From Phycisphaerae bacterium (GTDB lineage Bacteria > Planctomycetota > Phycisphaerae > UBA1845 > Fen-1342), in NCBI GenBank assembly GCA_963675745.2, contig CAXXWX010000026.1:32001-96000 (forward strand): DNA of 64,000 nucleotides, read 5' to 3'. Below the pieces are notes generated by a model. The model had not been told where the DNA came from. It was given only the letters and a program-made list of their open reading frames with translations, and searched no databases. The first letter of the stretch is position 1; each line of letters opens with the position of its first letter. Below are positions 42,769 through 53,353 of this stretch, piece after piece. Position numbers and translations under genes: made by a program.

Positions 42769-44535
42769 ATGAGCAAGATCACTTGCCCAAGCTGTGGGAA
42801 GAGCCTGCGAATCGAGGAGATTCAGGCTTCTAGTCGTTACAAGTGCCCAAGGTGCCAGTCGGTGTTCTCCGGGAGCGACGTTCAACCGCCCGGGTCCGGA
42901 GCCGACTCCCAGAAGGACGACTGGGCAACCAGATCTGTGTACAACTTAGCAGACCCTAATGGGCTGCCCAACGCGAAGGCGGATAACGGCTCAAGCACCG
43001 CAGCGGCCAAGTGCCCGTCCTGTCATAGCGACCTTCCCAGCGGCACCGTTCTGTGCGTGAAGTGCGGATACGACCTTCGGACTCAGCCGTGCGCGTTCGT
43101 CTCCGGCAAAGGTGCGGCGGGACCGGGCGCCGCTTCCAGCGACGCTCCGACGACGGCCGCAGCGACGGTTCAGATTCTGCCGCGCAACGCGATACTGGCC
43201 GTGGTAGCGACTGGTGTCCTCGGCGTGGGCGTCTTTGCCCTGATGGTGAGAATGAGCGCCTGCGTTGCGCCCTTAATTGCGCTGCCTGTAGTCGTGAGCG
43301 TATTTGTGCTGTGCCTTCAGTCAGCCGGGTGGATTCGCGTCGCTCGCGGGACTGAGGCGCAGAGCAATGGCCGGAGCCGATACTACCTGCTCGCGATACT
43401 CCACGCTGTCCTCGCTGCCGGGATATTCGGTTTGCTTGTGGCCGGAATGCCCACGAACACCCGCGTCATCGTCTCTCTGCTTGCAATGATCAGTATCGTC
43501 CCTGCCGTCAGCCTCGGGTACGTGGCGTACTGGATGTATGGTGAGAAACTGCCTGCCGAGGTTCTTGTGGTCAGTGCGGTTGCAGTGCCCGCAATCCACG
43601 CAGCCTGCCTCGGATTCATGTTCTTTATCTGGCGTGTGGCATGGCCGTGGGGTTTGTCTGACGCGGGGATTGCGGGTGTGAGCTACGGCCTCGCTTCGGT
43701 ATGTTATGCAGCTTACTTGTCCCGACACCTTGAACTCGATATTCGCCGCACTGGAACGCTCGCTATCGTGAGTACACTCCTCCCGTCACTGATAGTGATC
43801 ATGTGCTTCCAGCACCGCGCATTGACTATCGGCGAGATCCAATGGGATATCGGGTATCCCTCACTCTCAGAGAAGGGCGGTTCCAGCAAAGCACACGGGG
43901 GCCGAGACGCGTCCCGGACGCGCTCGACTGCGATGCAAACTGAGCGAACCGGTCGTCGGTTTGCGACGGGGCACGCGCAAGCGGTCATACGCACAGGTGA
44001 TGGGGCGACGGCACAGGCCATCGCCGACGACGCCCTGGAATGGGGTCAACTGGCGTTTACGGAGCCGGTGTACGGCGGATACACAAACGAGCGTGAACTG
44101 CTAGGGACGGAAATCGCCCGAATGTACGCCCGCCTCCAGGACGTGCGCGCCGACGCCATGCAGAGTGGTGATGGAACCGGGCGTGACGTATTTGTGGGGA
44201 CTTTCGGTGACATCGTGATTGATGAAGTACCCGACGGGCTTAGCGCCCAAATCCCAGGATGGCGGGGGCCAGCGCGGTGTATCGTGCACAATGACGCGTT
44301 GCTGGCAGTTCAGATTGATCCGGCACCAGCGAATGTGTTCTACAGGTGGCGGGTCGGCCTGTTCTACCGCGTCGGAGACACACTCAAGGGTCGTTACGTG
44401 CAGCTCGTTGTTGACGTCACGCCAAGCCGTGTGCGGGGTCTTCCAGCATATGATATTCGACATGGGGTGGCGAACACTTACGAGCGTGAGGTGTGCGAGC
44501 AGAGACTAAACCAAGGCGAATCGGCAGCGCCGTGA
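42769..44535 (+). CDS. Zinc-ribbon multi-pass membrane protein, unknown function
   Basis: CPSC..CPRC and CPSC..CVKC pairs, about 7 hydrophobic helices, soluble C-terminal domain. Confidence 0.75.
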   Translation: MSKITCPSCGKSLRIEEIQASSRYKCPRCQSVFSGSDVQPPGSGADSQKDDWATRSVYNLADPNGLPNAKADNGSSTAAAKCPSCHSDLPSGTVLCVKCGYDLRTQPCAFVSGKGAAGPGAASSDAPTTAAATVQILPRNAILAVVATGVLGVGVFALMVRMSACVAPLIALPVVVSVFVLCLQSAGWIRVARGTEAQSNGRSRYYLLAILHAVLAAGIFGLLVAGMPTNTRVIVSLLAMISIVPAVSLGYVAYWMYGEKLPAEVLVVSAVAVPAIHAACLGFMFFIWRVAWPWGLSDAGIAGVSYGLASVCYAAYLSRHLELDIRRTGTLAIVSTLLPSLIVIMCFQHRALTIGEIQWDIGYPSLSEKGGSSKAHGGRDASRTRSTAMQTERTGRRFATGHAQAVIRTGDGATAQAIADDALEWGQLAFTEPVYGGYTNERELLGTEIARMYARLQDVRADAMQSGDGTGRDVFVGTFGDIVIDEVPDGLSAQIPGWRGPARCIVHNDALLAVQIDPAPANVFYRWRVGLFYRVGDTLKGRYVQLVVDVTPSRVRGLPAYDIRHGVANTYEREVCEQRLNQGESAAP

Positions 44536-44674
44536 TATGCCGGCGAGACGGCTGGCCAGTGATAGCGCAGTGCGGGCCTTCACTCGTCGGCACGACCGGC
44601 GGCTGCGTAGAGATGTTCTTTGAGGACGCGGATCGACGTCCGCGGCGACATATCGAGATGCTGGAGTCGAGACA

Positions 44675-46105
44675 ATGAAGCTCACAGTCGATCTGGATCA
44701 AGCGGTTCGCATCACGCTGCCCGGCTTCCACGCTGAGTGTGTGCCGGCGCGCTTCTCGACGAGCGATGGGCGCGGCGGCTGGTCGCTCCACATCCCGGGG
44801 CGGAAGCCGATCGCAACGCCGGCTTACGCGGATGGGTTGCTGTTCGTCGGCGGGGGATACGGCTCGCACGAGTTCTTCGCTTTCGAAGCCGCCACCGGCG
44901 AATTGGCGTGGAAGATCCGGACTTCCGACGATGGCCCGACCGCCGCCGTCGTCGAGCAAGGGCTCGTAGCGTTCAACACCGAGAGCTGCACGATCGTCGT
45001 ATGCGAAGCGCGCACGGGACGCGTGGTGTGGCAGGAGTGGCTCGGCGACCCCCTGATGAGCCAGCCGGCGATCGCGGGCGATCGGCTTCTAATGGCCTAC
45101 CCGGCCGATCGACGCAAGGAGTTTATGTGGCCGGACATGACGCCGAAGGAACGCAAAGAGGCGTACATAAAGGCGGCCCGGGCTGGCGCAAAAGCGATGC
45201 ATCAGCACCGACTGCTGTGTGCCGACCTGCGCACCGGCAAGCACCTCTGGGAACAGGAAATCACCGGCGACATCATCACGGCGCCCGTGGTCGACGGCGG
45301 CCAGGTGTTCCTGACCTGCCTCGACGGTAATTCGTTCTGCCTGAACCTCGAGGACGGCTCGGTCGTGTGGCAGCAGCAGAACAAGGGCACGAGCGCTCCG
45401 CTGGTCGTCGAAGGCCAGGTGATCGTGACCGAAAAGGACACCGAGGTGGCGGAGGCCGGTCAGCGGTATTTCGAATCCATGCGACGGGCGCAACGCGGCA
45501 CTGGAGCGTCGTACGGCGCAACAATGTACCGCCGCGAATCACCATACCGGCACGCCGGCAAGGGCGGCGGTTCGGGCCTCAAAGGCATGCACGCCGACGA
45601 ACTCGACGCTGGCGTGGGTTTCGCGTCGAAACCCGGCTCGGCAAAGCTGAACGCCGCCCGCGAGCACCTGGGTGTCTCGAGCGTGTCGGGCGCGTGGGCT
45701 TATCAGGGCTCGCGCTCGGCCTACTCAAAGGGGCGTGTATTCAACACGCAGGCCACGGGCGTATGCTGCTTAAACGAAGAAGGTGAGAAGATGGCGTGGG
45801 AGGCGGAAGTCCGCGGCTCACAGGTCGACACGGACGACCAGATCTTTCTGCCGCCGTCACTGGGGCGGGATTGTCTGTACCTTTCCAGCATCCTGGGACA
45901 CACGCTCGCCATTCGTCAAAACACCGGCCAGGTCGAATTCCTGTACGAGATCGACCGCCCGATCCCGTTCCAGCCGTGCCTAGCCGAAGGCCGCGTCCAC
46001 TTCGGCACTGTAGCTGGCGAACTGGTATGCCTCGAAACCGGCGGGGACGATGCGGATGGCTGGTACATGTGGGGTGGGAATGCGCGGCATAACAAGGTCC
46101 AGTGA
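44675..46105 (+). CDS. PQQ-like (BamB-type) beta-propeller repeat protein
   Basis: Repeated A.TG..W docking motifs (ATGELAW, RTGRVVW, RTGKHLW, EDGSVVW); ends W.MWGGNARHN. Confidence 0.85.
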   Translation: MKLTVDLDQAVRITLPGFHAECVPARFSTSDGRGGWSLHIPGRKPIATPAYADGLLFVGGGYGSHEFFAFEAATGELAWKIRTSDDGPTAAVVEQGLVAFNTESCTIVVCEARTGRVVWQEWLGDPLMSQPAIAGDRLLMAYPADRRKEFMWPDMTPKERKEAYIKAARAGAKAMHQHRLLCADLRTGKHLWEQEITGDIITAPVVDGGQVFLTCLDGNSFCLNLEDGSVVWQQQNKGTSAPLVVEGQVIVTEKDTEVAEAGQRYFESMRRAQRGTGASYGATMYRRESPYRHAGKGGGSGLKGMHADELDAGVGFASKPGSAKLNAAREHLGVSSVSGAWAYQGSRSAYSKGRVFNTQATGVCCLNEEGEKMAWEAEVRGSQVDTDDQIFLPPSLGRDCLYLSSILGHTLAIRQNTGQVEFLYEIDRPIPFQPCLAEGRVHFGTVAGELVCLETGGDDADGWYMWGGNARHNKVQ

Positions 46106-46149
46106 GAGCCTCTTGACTGCGACCACGGAATACACCGAGGAGCGGAATC

Positions 46150-46340
46150 ATGACATCCAGACGGTCAGTTTCACTGTGGTTCTCCGCAACCTCGGCGGGC
46201 GTCATCGCCGCCGTGGCGGTGGCTGACGTGACGTATGGGTACGACAAGCTGCACCGGCTGAAGCAGGCCATGTACGACAATGGCTCGGCGATCGCTTTCG
46301 AGTAGGACGCCTCGGGGAATCGTGCGCTGCGGGTGGGTGG
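46150..46340 (+). pseudogene. Small secreted YD/RHS-repeat gene remnant with in-frame TAG
   Basis: GAGGAG RBS; ...VADVTYGYDKLHRLKQAMYDNGSAIAFE*DASGNR; TAG at 46303 where Tyr is expected. Confidence 0.65.
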
Positions 46341-46760
46341 AGAATCGTCACTGACGCTAATCGCCATGACGCCGGCTCGCTGCGCTGTTGGTGTCGATGC
46401 CCGATCGGCAACGCAGGCGGTAGTACTATCACATTCTGCTTCAAAACGCGTCACAGTGCGACGATTTGCGATACTGCCGGATCGTGTCAACCTATTGTAG
46501 TAGATGGTTTCCGAGCTTCTCGGAGATCGCCAAAGCGTACTTCCCAGCCGGAAGATGACGTTGAGCAGATTCCGGTACGCCTCGTGACGAGCAGCAGCGA
46601 AGCGAGCATTCATCCAAGGTGTCAGTGAGTGGGCAAAACGTACCAGTGAAGGGCTGGGCTGGTTGACACCCAAGTGACGCGGCGTTGGCGCGAATGACAG
46701 GTCACCGGCAAATCAGACAGGTCTCATTCATATGAAGCAGACGGCTGACAGAATGGGGGC

Positions 46761-46989
46761 ATGCGAAAGACCCAGTCAGCTCAATCGCGCACGAGCACTT
46801 CCGGGCGCCTCACGGTGAGCTTGAAGACGCTCGCTCGGATGCTTGACGCGCATCGCTCGTCTGTGCGCCGCTGGCTTGCCGATGGCGGGGTCCGACCGGT
46901 CGTTGTAGGGCGTGGCCGCAACGCAGACGCTTCGCTACCGCTGGCGGGATATCGAGCAGTGGTTGGAGACGCGTGAAGAAGTCGACTGA
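46761..46989 (+). pseudogene. Excisionase-like HTH, frameshifted near 46925
   Basis: VSLKTLARMLDAHRSSVRRWL continues in another frame as LRYRWRDIEQWLETREEVD*; stop abuts the integrase stop. Confidence 0.7.
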
Positions 46990-48249
46990 TTAGCTCGCGT
47001 CATCCCGCACGATTCGCAGCTTCGGCTTTGGCTCGTCGGGGGCTTTCTCACCACGTATCTCAGCCAGCACCTCTTGCAGTAGCCGCGTGGTCTTACCGTC
47101 CGCCGAACCGCCGCTCTCGTTCGAGAATTCCACGCTGTCGTGCATCGCTTCGGGCACGAGCGCCGCGTAGTGTCGACGACAGATCTCCGGGCTGTTGCCC
47201 ATCAACGTCGCGATCTTGTAAAGCGACTCGCCACGCTGTGCGAGGTGGCTGCCGAACGTGTGCCGGAAGTCCAGGCACGACCAAGGCAGACCACAGGCCT
47301 CGTTCGCAGCACGCAGATCCTGCGAGAAGTTGTCCGGGTGCCAACGTCTCCCGGTTGGCGACGGAAAGAACCAAATCGAATCGCCGGGCGATTCATATGC
47401 ACTCAGAATGTCGAACAGCGAGCTACTGATCGGTACAGCGCGATTGCGTCTCGTCTTCGGCTGCCAGAACTCTCCCTCAATGGTCTTGGCCCGCACGTGG
47501 ATGAGACGCTTCTCCAGGTTGACGTCCTCGTTCGTTAGCCACAGCGTCTCCTCGCGACGCAGGCCGGCGTAGATGTAGATCGCGACCATGGCATGCACGA
47601 GAGGGTTCGGCTCCAGCATCTTCAACTGTTGCTCCACCTGTTTGAGCGACAGGAACCGGATCTCCGGCGCCGCCTCGCGTTGTCGCTCGACGCCGTCAGC
47701 CGGATTCGGATAGCGGCGGTCCCGGGCCCGGAAGGAGTGGTGCCTGGTCGCATACGCGAAGAGGCGGTGGAGGATTTGCCGTGTGCTGTTCGCCGTCTTC
47801 GGTGACCAGCCGTCCTCGCGGATCCGGGCGGCGATGAATTGGTTGATCATCGCAGGCGAGACGTCTTCGAGCATCGCGACCTTTATGTGTGCGTGAGCGT
47901 ATCGGTCGACCGGACGTTTCGGCGTTTCCGTCTTGGCGGCGCCGCCGGGCAAGCCAAGTTCAAGCGCCGGGCAGATCTGCCCGAAGAGCACGCGCAATCG
48001 ACTCACGTCGTTCTTGTAGGACTTGAACGTGCGTGTCAGCTGCATGTGCTCGCAGAAGCTCTGCAGCACCGTGCGGATGGGCAGGCGGCTCGATAACTGC
48101 AGATCGCCGATCGCGAGCTCGTACTCCAGCCGCTTCAGCTTATCGCGTGCCACACGTTCGATCTTCGTGCGCAGCGACTTCTGAAACTGCCGGTTGTTCA
48201 CCCAGTAGCTGGCCCAGTAGCACTTTCCTCGTTTGTAAAGGGACGCCAT
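46990..48249 (-). CDS. Tyrosine recombinase / integrase with N-terminal arm-binding domain
   Basis: MASLYKRGKCYW..KSLRT; AGLRREE, LDFRHTF, LMGNS, RRHY. Confidence 0.93.
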   Translation of the reverse strand: MASLYKRGKCYWASYWVNNRQFQKSLRTKIERVARDKLKRLEYELAIGDLQLSSRLPIRTVLQSFCEHMQLTRTFKSYKNDVSRLRVLFGQICPALELGLPGGAAKTETPKRPVDRYAHAHIKVAMLEDVSPAMINQFIAARIREDGWSPKTANSTRQILHRLFAYATRHHSFRARDRRYPNPADGVERQREAAPEIRFLSLKQVEQQLKMLEPNPLVHAMVAIYIYAGLRREETLWLTNEDVNLEKRLIHVRAKTIEGEFWQPKTRRNRAVPISSSLFDILSAYESPGDSIWFFPSPTGRRWHPDNFSQDLRAANEACGLPWSCLDFRHTFGSHLAQRGESLYKIATLMGNSPEICRRHYAALVPEAMHDSVEFSNESGGSADGKTTRLLQEVLAEIRGEKAPDEPKPKLRIVRDDAS

Positions 48250-48387
48250 GACAGCCGGACCTCCGGGCCTCTTGGCCCAAGCGTAACCCAGGCTGTCTCT
48301 GCGGGGATGTCATACGCGTGACGTGTCGCTGACGAAGCAAAACACCAAGACAAAACCGTTACATTTTGCCGTGCTGCATCGTCCGCG

Positions 48388-50274
48388 ATCGGGTAGCCGG
48401 GGAGGTTGCCCTGCCCCGGCTCCCACACCACCGTACGTACGGTTCCGTATACGGCGGTTCACGAGCAACCCGCGAGTCGCCGATGCTCGTCCATCAGGCT
48501 GATCAGCCCGAGTCCGCGCAGTTCGGAGGTCGGGACGGCGTGGTTCATGTGACGGGCCCCGGCGTTCCACCAGGGACCACGCCCATTCCACGCCGACTGC
48601 CGGGCCCGCTCATGATCCAGGCCCCGCCGGCACAGCTCCCTGAACTGGGTCCGGTGTCGCTTCCACTGTCGCCACAGGATGCAGCGCAGTTTTCGTCGTA
48701 ACCACTGGTCCAGTTGCTCGAAGCTCGCCTTGACCTCCGCGAGCTTGTAGTACGCCACCCAGCCCCGCAGTACGCGGGTCAGGGATTCGGCGACGCGGGC
48801 GAGGTTGCAACCCCGTCCGCGACGCAGCATGGGGCGGAGCTTGGCCTTCAATCGGTGCACCGATTGCGGGGCCACCTTCAGCTTCGGCTGCCGGTGCATG
48901 GTCACGGTGTAGCCCAGGAACTTGCGGGTCCAGGGCCGATCCACCGCGCTCTTCTCACGGTTCACGTGGAGACGCAGTCGCTCCGTCACGAACCGCTCCA
49001 CCGAATCGAGCACCCGTTCGCCCGCACGCCTGGACCGCACGTAGATGTTGCAGTCGTCAGCATAGCGAACGAATCGATGGCCGCGCCGTTCCAGCTCCTT
49101 GTCCAGCTCATCGAGCAGGACGTTGCTCAACAGCGGCGATAGCGGCCCACCCTGCGGTGTGCCCTCGGCCCGGGGCGAGACCAGCCCGCCCTCCATCATC
49201 CCCGCCTGTAGATAGCGGCGGAGGAGGAGTAACACCTTCTTGTCCTTGACCCGGCGCGCCACGCGTGACATGAGCACGTCGTGGTTCACCCGGTCGAAGA
49301 ACTTCTCCAGATCCATGTCCACCGTCCAGCGATAACCGGCCGCGATATGCTCGCGGGCACGTTGCACCGCTTGGTGCGTGCTTCGTTCCGGACGGAAGCC
49401 GAAGCTCGCATCCGAGAACGTCGGGTCGAAGATCGGCTGGAGGACCTGGAGTAAGGCTTGCTGGATCAGACGATCCAGCACGGTCGGGATGCCCAGCGTT
49501 CGCATCCCCTTCCCGCCCGGCTTGGGGATTTCCACCTTCCGGACCGGCTGGGGTTGATACGTGCCGTTGAGCAGCGCCTCCCGGATGCGGGACCAGTGTT
49601 CCCGGCAGTACGGCATCAGGTCGTCGACGGCCATGCCATCCACGCCTGCCGCCCCTTTGTTGCGCACTACCCGTTCGTGTGCGCGGATCAGGTTCTCACG
49701 TGACACGACCTGATCGATGAGCATCGGAGCCTCGGCCCCGGTCTGTCCGTGCTGTGCCGTGCGCGCTTGACGCGCGGTTCCGGTACCCTCGGCGATGCCG
49801 TCGCCTACTCTTCCGGTCCGCTCGGGCTTCCCAGCCCTCTGGCCTGCGTCTCCTTCACGCATCGAACCTCACGACTCCGGTTCGGCTCCTCGTGTTCGGC
49901 CCTTCGCCGCCGTGTCCTGCGGCTACTATGGCCTCGGCTGACTTCTGCCCGTCCCTCACCACGCCTCGCAGCGCTGGTTAGCCTCAACGGCAGACGGGCA
50001 GACCTCCCAGGGTAAGGCGTTTGCCTTTCGCTCCATACACCCGCCGCATCTACGCCGGTTCGGTTCCGGATGGCATTGGGCTTTGCGTCTTTTGGCCCGC
50101 TCGCCCACCGACCGACGCCTCGTATGCGGTTCGTGTTCCTCAGGCCAGAGCTTTGCGTACAGCTTCCTTCAGACCCCGCCTCGCGGCGACGCCCTTGCTG
50201 TTCGGCTAGGGGTTCCTGCCATCAAGGCCCCCAGAGGACTTACACCTCCTAGTCAAACGCCATGCCTAGCACAC
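48388..50274 (-). mobile_element. Group II intron, class C (IIC)
   Basis: 5' GTGTGCTAGGCATGG at 50274 just after a terminator; domain V GAACCGCCGTATACGGAACCGTACGTACGGTGGTGTGGGAG; domain VI ending CTACCCGAT at 48388. Confidence 0.9.
48459..49862 (-). CDS. ltrA: Group II intron reverse transcriptase/maturase, no endonuclease domain
   Basis: NKGAAGVDG, RTLGIPTVLDR, DLEKFFD, GTPQGGPLSPLL, RYADD, FLGY, LRGWVAYY. Confidence 0.95.
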   Translation of the reverse strand: MREGDAGQRAGKPERTGRVGDGIAEGTGTARQARTAQHGQTGAEAPMLIDQVVSRENLIRAHERVVRNKGAAGVDGMAVDDLMPYCREHWSRIREALLNGTYQPQPVRKVEIPKPGGKGMRTLGIPTVLDRLIQQALLQVLQPIFDPTFSDASFGFRPERSTHQAVQRAREHIAAGYRWTVDMDLEKFFDRVNHDVLMSRVARRVKDKKVLLLLRRYLQAGMMEGGLVSPRAEGTPQGGPLSPLLSNVLLDELDKELERRGHRFVRYADDCNIYVRSRRAGERVLDSVERFVTERLRLHVNREKSAVDRPWTRKFLGYTVTMHRQPKLKVAPQSVHRLKAKLRPMLRRGRGCNLARVAESLTRVLRGWVAYYKLAEVKASFEQLDQWLRRKLRCILWRQWKRHRTQFRELCRRGLDHERARQSAWNGRGPWWNAGARHMNHAVPTSELRGLGLISLMDEHRRLAGCS

Positions 50275-50275
50275 C

Positions 50276-50307
50276 AAGAAAAGAGGGACGGCTAACTGGC
50301 CGTCCCT
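50276..50307 (-). terminator. Rho-independent terminator (IIC intron target)
   Basis: Minus strand AGGGACGGC-CAGTTA-GCCGTCCCT then CTTTTCTT. Confidence 0.8.
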
Positions 50308-50323
50308 GCGTGACTTACGTGAA

Positions 50324-50367
50324 TAGCGGGGGCAGGACTCGAACCTGCGACCTCCGGGTTATGAGCC
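50324..50367 (-). tRNA. 3' fragment of tRNA-Met(CAT), att-site copy
   Basis: Exact 44-bp reverse complement of 20986-21029; no tRNA 5' half upstream. Confidence 0.88.
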
Positions 50368-50625
50368 AAAGCAGCTCAGCACACGGAAGTTGTTGCCCGT
50401 TCGCAAGTTACGGAATCAGCAAGAACTTAGGGACACCGGAACACGTCGGCATGTGGTGCATGCCGTGCATGTTGAGCGCGGTTTTAGTTGCAAATTGGTA
50501 GCACGTCAAGCACCGCCGTCGCGCACGTAATGTAGCGTGGAGCGCTCCGGATCTCGTTTGCCCGCGTGCCCGGATCCACACGACTACCAGCCTGCACCGC
50601 TGAAAATCGTCCGACTGTGGCTTCG

Positions 50626-50841
50626 CTAGTCTAGCCAGAGAGTCGCGTTGCCGTCATGGTCACGACGCACGACCGCCGGCATGGGAAAGCGAGACGCCAG
50701 AATGCCCTGCACGGTCACCTTGCGCTGATAATGCCGGATCCGGAAGATCTGGGATTCCTCGAAGCTGTCTGCAGGGGCCGCAGCCGGCTGCAATTTCAAC
50801 TCAAACCCACCATGGTCTGCAGCTATGCCAGTACGCATCAT
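50626..50841 (-). pseudogene. rpiB: Ribose-5-phosphate isomerase B remnant
   Basis: Start overlaps atpG stop; [15 protein letters not shown] is the RpiB N-terminus, similarity is then lost. Confidence 0.65.
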
Positions 50842-51731
50842 TTCTTTTCTACGCTCAGCGCTTCGAAGCCGGAGACGACGTCGAACAGTTCCTCGTCGAT
50901 GCCACTCTGGCGCAAACGATGGAATGTCCCATTGAGGTCCTCCAGCAATTCGTCGATGTTCTTGTCGGCGCGTTGCATCGCCGCCAAGCGGCTCGCGTTC
51001 TCGCTCGCGAGGGATTCGGCGCACGCCCGGAAGAGCGAGACAAAAAGGTATTCGCGGATCAGCGCCTGCAAGGTCGCGGTGCCGCCACCCATGACCTCGG
51101 GCAAGCTCCTTGTCGGCCAGGGAAGTCCGGCCAGCTTGCGTCGCCAGTTTTCGTCCAGCGGTAGCAGTCGCTGACTGACGGGCACATAAACCGCCCCGGA
51201 CATAGGGCGGTTGTAGAAGAGGTGGAGTTCGGTGACTTCACCCTGGTTGTGGCGCGTCTCGCTCTCCACGAGAATCTGCCCGACGAGCGGGGTGATGGCC
51301 TTGACGGAGTTCGGCACGGTGAAGAGTCCCGTTGGCGGCAGCCCCGCGTCCGCCAGGCGCGCATGAACACGCTCACCGACAGCCCAGACCTCGGGCTTGG
51401 CCGGCAGAGCCGCCAGCGTCTTTACCGCATGATCGGCCACAACATCATTAAACTGGCCCACCAGCCCCTGGTCTGAACCGAACACGACCGCACCAATGGC
51501 GCCCGCAACTGTTTGTCCTTTCCGTTCTGCAAGCAGGGATGCCGATCCGCTCTCCCGAAAGCATGCGCCCAACCCCAGCTCCACAGTGCGATAGTAGTCG
51601 GCCAACGCGAGCACCGATTTCTCGTATTGTCCGATGCTCGAAGCGGCCGCGGCCTTCATTGTACGGACGACGGATTGGAGGTCCCCGGCTCCGGCGATCT
51701 TTCGGCGCAGACTCGCCGTGGTGTCGCTCAT
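50838..51731 (-). CDS. atpG: N-ATPase gamma subunit
   Basis: [41 protein letters not shown]. Confidence 0.95.
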   Translation of the reverse strand: MSDTTASLRRKIAGAGDLQSVVRTMKAAAASSIGQYEKSVLALADYYRTVELGLGACFRESGSASLLAERKGQTVAGAIGAVVFGSDQGLVGQFNDVVADHAVKTLAALPAKPEVWAVGERVHARLADAGLPPTGLFTVPNSVKAITPLVGQILVESETRHNQGEVTELHLFYNRPMSGAVYVPVSQRLLPLDENWRRKLAGLPWPTRSLPEVMGGGTATLQALIREYLFVSLFRACAESLASENASRLAAMQRADKNIDELLEDLNGTFHRLRQSGIDEELFDVVSGFEALSVEKK

Positions 51732-53353
51732 GACTTCTCCTTGCGTTCGGGCTGGGGCCGAACCTCCGTTTCGACTTCCGGCTTGGACTCGGGCTCAGGC
51801 TTGGGCTCGGTTTTGGCTTCGGGCTTGGGCCGGAAGCGAGCAAGACATTGGCGGGCGATTTGGACAATCGTCTCGCGATCCTCGTCGCTCAACTCTTCGG
51901 CGGTATCCAATCGCTCGCGCACCTCCGCCGGGATGCCCGCCGCCGCCTCGCGCAGGGCGTGCTCGGCGTCCGTCATTTGGTCAATCGGCACCGAGTCGAA
52001 GAGTTCCGCGGTCAACGCCAGCAGGATGGCGATTTGCTCGCGCACGGACACCGGGGCGCATTCCGGCTGCTTTAAGCAGGCGCGGATTCGCCGTCCATGC
52101 TCGATGATCTTGACGGTGTCTTCATCAAGGCGGGCGCCGAACCGCGCAAACGTCTCGAGTTCCTCGAACTGGGCGTAGGCGAGCTTGAGGTCGCCCGCTA
52201 CCGCGCGGTAGGCCGCCCGTTGCGCCTTGCCGCCGACGCGCGAAACGGATTTACCGACATCGACCGCGGGTAGCACGCCCAATTCGAACAGCGACGGCGA
52301 GAGGTAAATCTGCCCGTCCGTGATGGAAATCAGGTTGGTCGGAATGTAGGCGGAGATGTTCTGCGCTTCGGTCTCGATGATGGGCAGGGCGGTGAGCGAG
52401 CCGCTACCGAGTTCCTTGCGCAAGTGCGTCGCCCGTTCCAGCAGCCGCGAGTGAATGTAGAAGATGTCGCCGGGGAACGCTTCGCGTCCGGGTGGTCGGC
52501 GGAGCAGGAGAGAGATTTCGCGATAGGCGCGCGCGTGATGGGTGAGATCGTCGTAAACGATCAGCACATCTCGGCCCGCTTCCATGAAAGACTCCGCGAT
52601 GCTGGTCGCGGCGTAAGGAGCGATGTAGGCGAGACCTGGCGGGTCGTTGCCCTCGGTCACGACCATGAGGGTGTAATCCAGCGCGCCCTTTTCCCGCAAG
52701 GTTGCCAGGGTTTTCGCGACAGCGGACGCGCGCTGACCAATAGCACAATAGACGCACAGGACATTCTGGCCGCGCTGGTTGAGGATGGTATCGATCGCAA
52801 TGGCAGTTTTGCCCGTCTGGCGGTCGCCGAGGACCAACTCGCGCTGGCCGCGCCCAACGGGAATGAGCGCATCGATGACTTTGAGGCCGGTCTGGAGCGG
52901 CACGGTGACGGGCGCGCGGTCCATGATGGGCGCGGCGGGGCGTTCGATGGGCAGGCGCTTGCTGGCGGCCACCGGCCCGTTGCCATCGAGTGGCCGACCC
53001 AGCGGGTCGATGACGCGCCCCAGCAATCCGTCGCCCACGGCCACGTCCATGACCCGGCCCGTGCGCTCGGCTTCATCGCCTGCGTGCAGATGCCAGTATT
53101 CGCCGAGCAGTACGATGCCGATTTCGTCCTCGTCCACGTTGAACGCGATGCCGAACACGCCGCCGGGAAATGTCACCAGCTCGTCAAAGCCCACGCCGGG
53201 AAGGCCGGAGACCCGGGCAATGCCCGTGGATACGCTGGTGATCGTGCCCACCTCGTGCGGCGTCAGTTGCGGCGTGAAGGCTCCCCGCACTTCGCTTATT
53301 CCAGCGAACGTGCGGTCGAAGACACTCTGCAAGCTCTCAGGCGCAGTGTTCAT
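51728..53353 (-). CDS. atpA: N-ATPase alpha subunit
   Basis: [34 protein letters not shown]. Confidence 0.97.
   Translation of the reverse strand: MNTAPESLQSVFDRTFAGISEVRGAFTPQLTPHEVGTITSVSTGIARVSGLPGVGFDELVTFPGGVFGIAFNVDEDEIGIVLLGEYWHLHAGDEAERTGRVMDVAVGDGLLGRVIDPLGRPLDGNGPVAASKRLPIERPAAPIMDRAPVTVPLQTGLKVIDALIPVGRGQRELVLGDRQTGKTAIAIDTILNQRGQNVLCVYCAIGQRASAVAKTLATLREKGALDYTLMVVTEGNDPPGLAYIAPYAATSIAESFMEAGRDVLIVYDDLTHHARAYREISLLLRRPPGREAFPGDIFYIHSRLLERATHLRKELGSGSLTALPIIETEAQNISAYIPTNLISITDGQIYLSPSLFELGVLPAVDVGKSVSRVGGKAQRAAYRAVAGDLKLAYAQFEELETFARFGARLDEDTVKIIEHGRRIRACLKQPECAPVSVREQIAILLALTAELFDSVPIDQMTDAEHALREAAAGIPAEVRERLDTAEELSDEDRETIVQIARQCLARFRPKPEAKTEPKPEPESKPEVETEVRPQPERKEKS

Noticed and set aside
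33978..49862. Diversity-generating retroelement (RT plus FGE / C-type lectin targets)
   Set aside because: The RT sits inside a complete group II intron with domains V/VI, and I found no template repeat of the FGE or lectin 3' ends with adenine-specific mismatches
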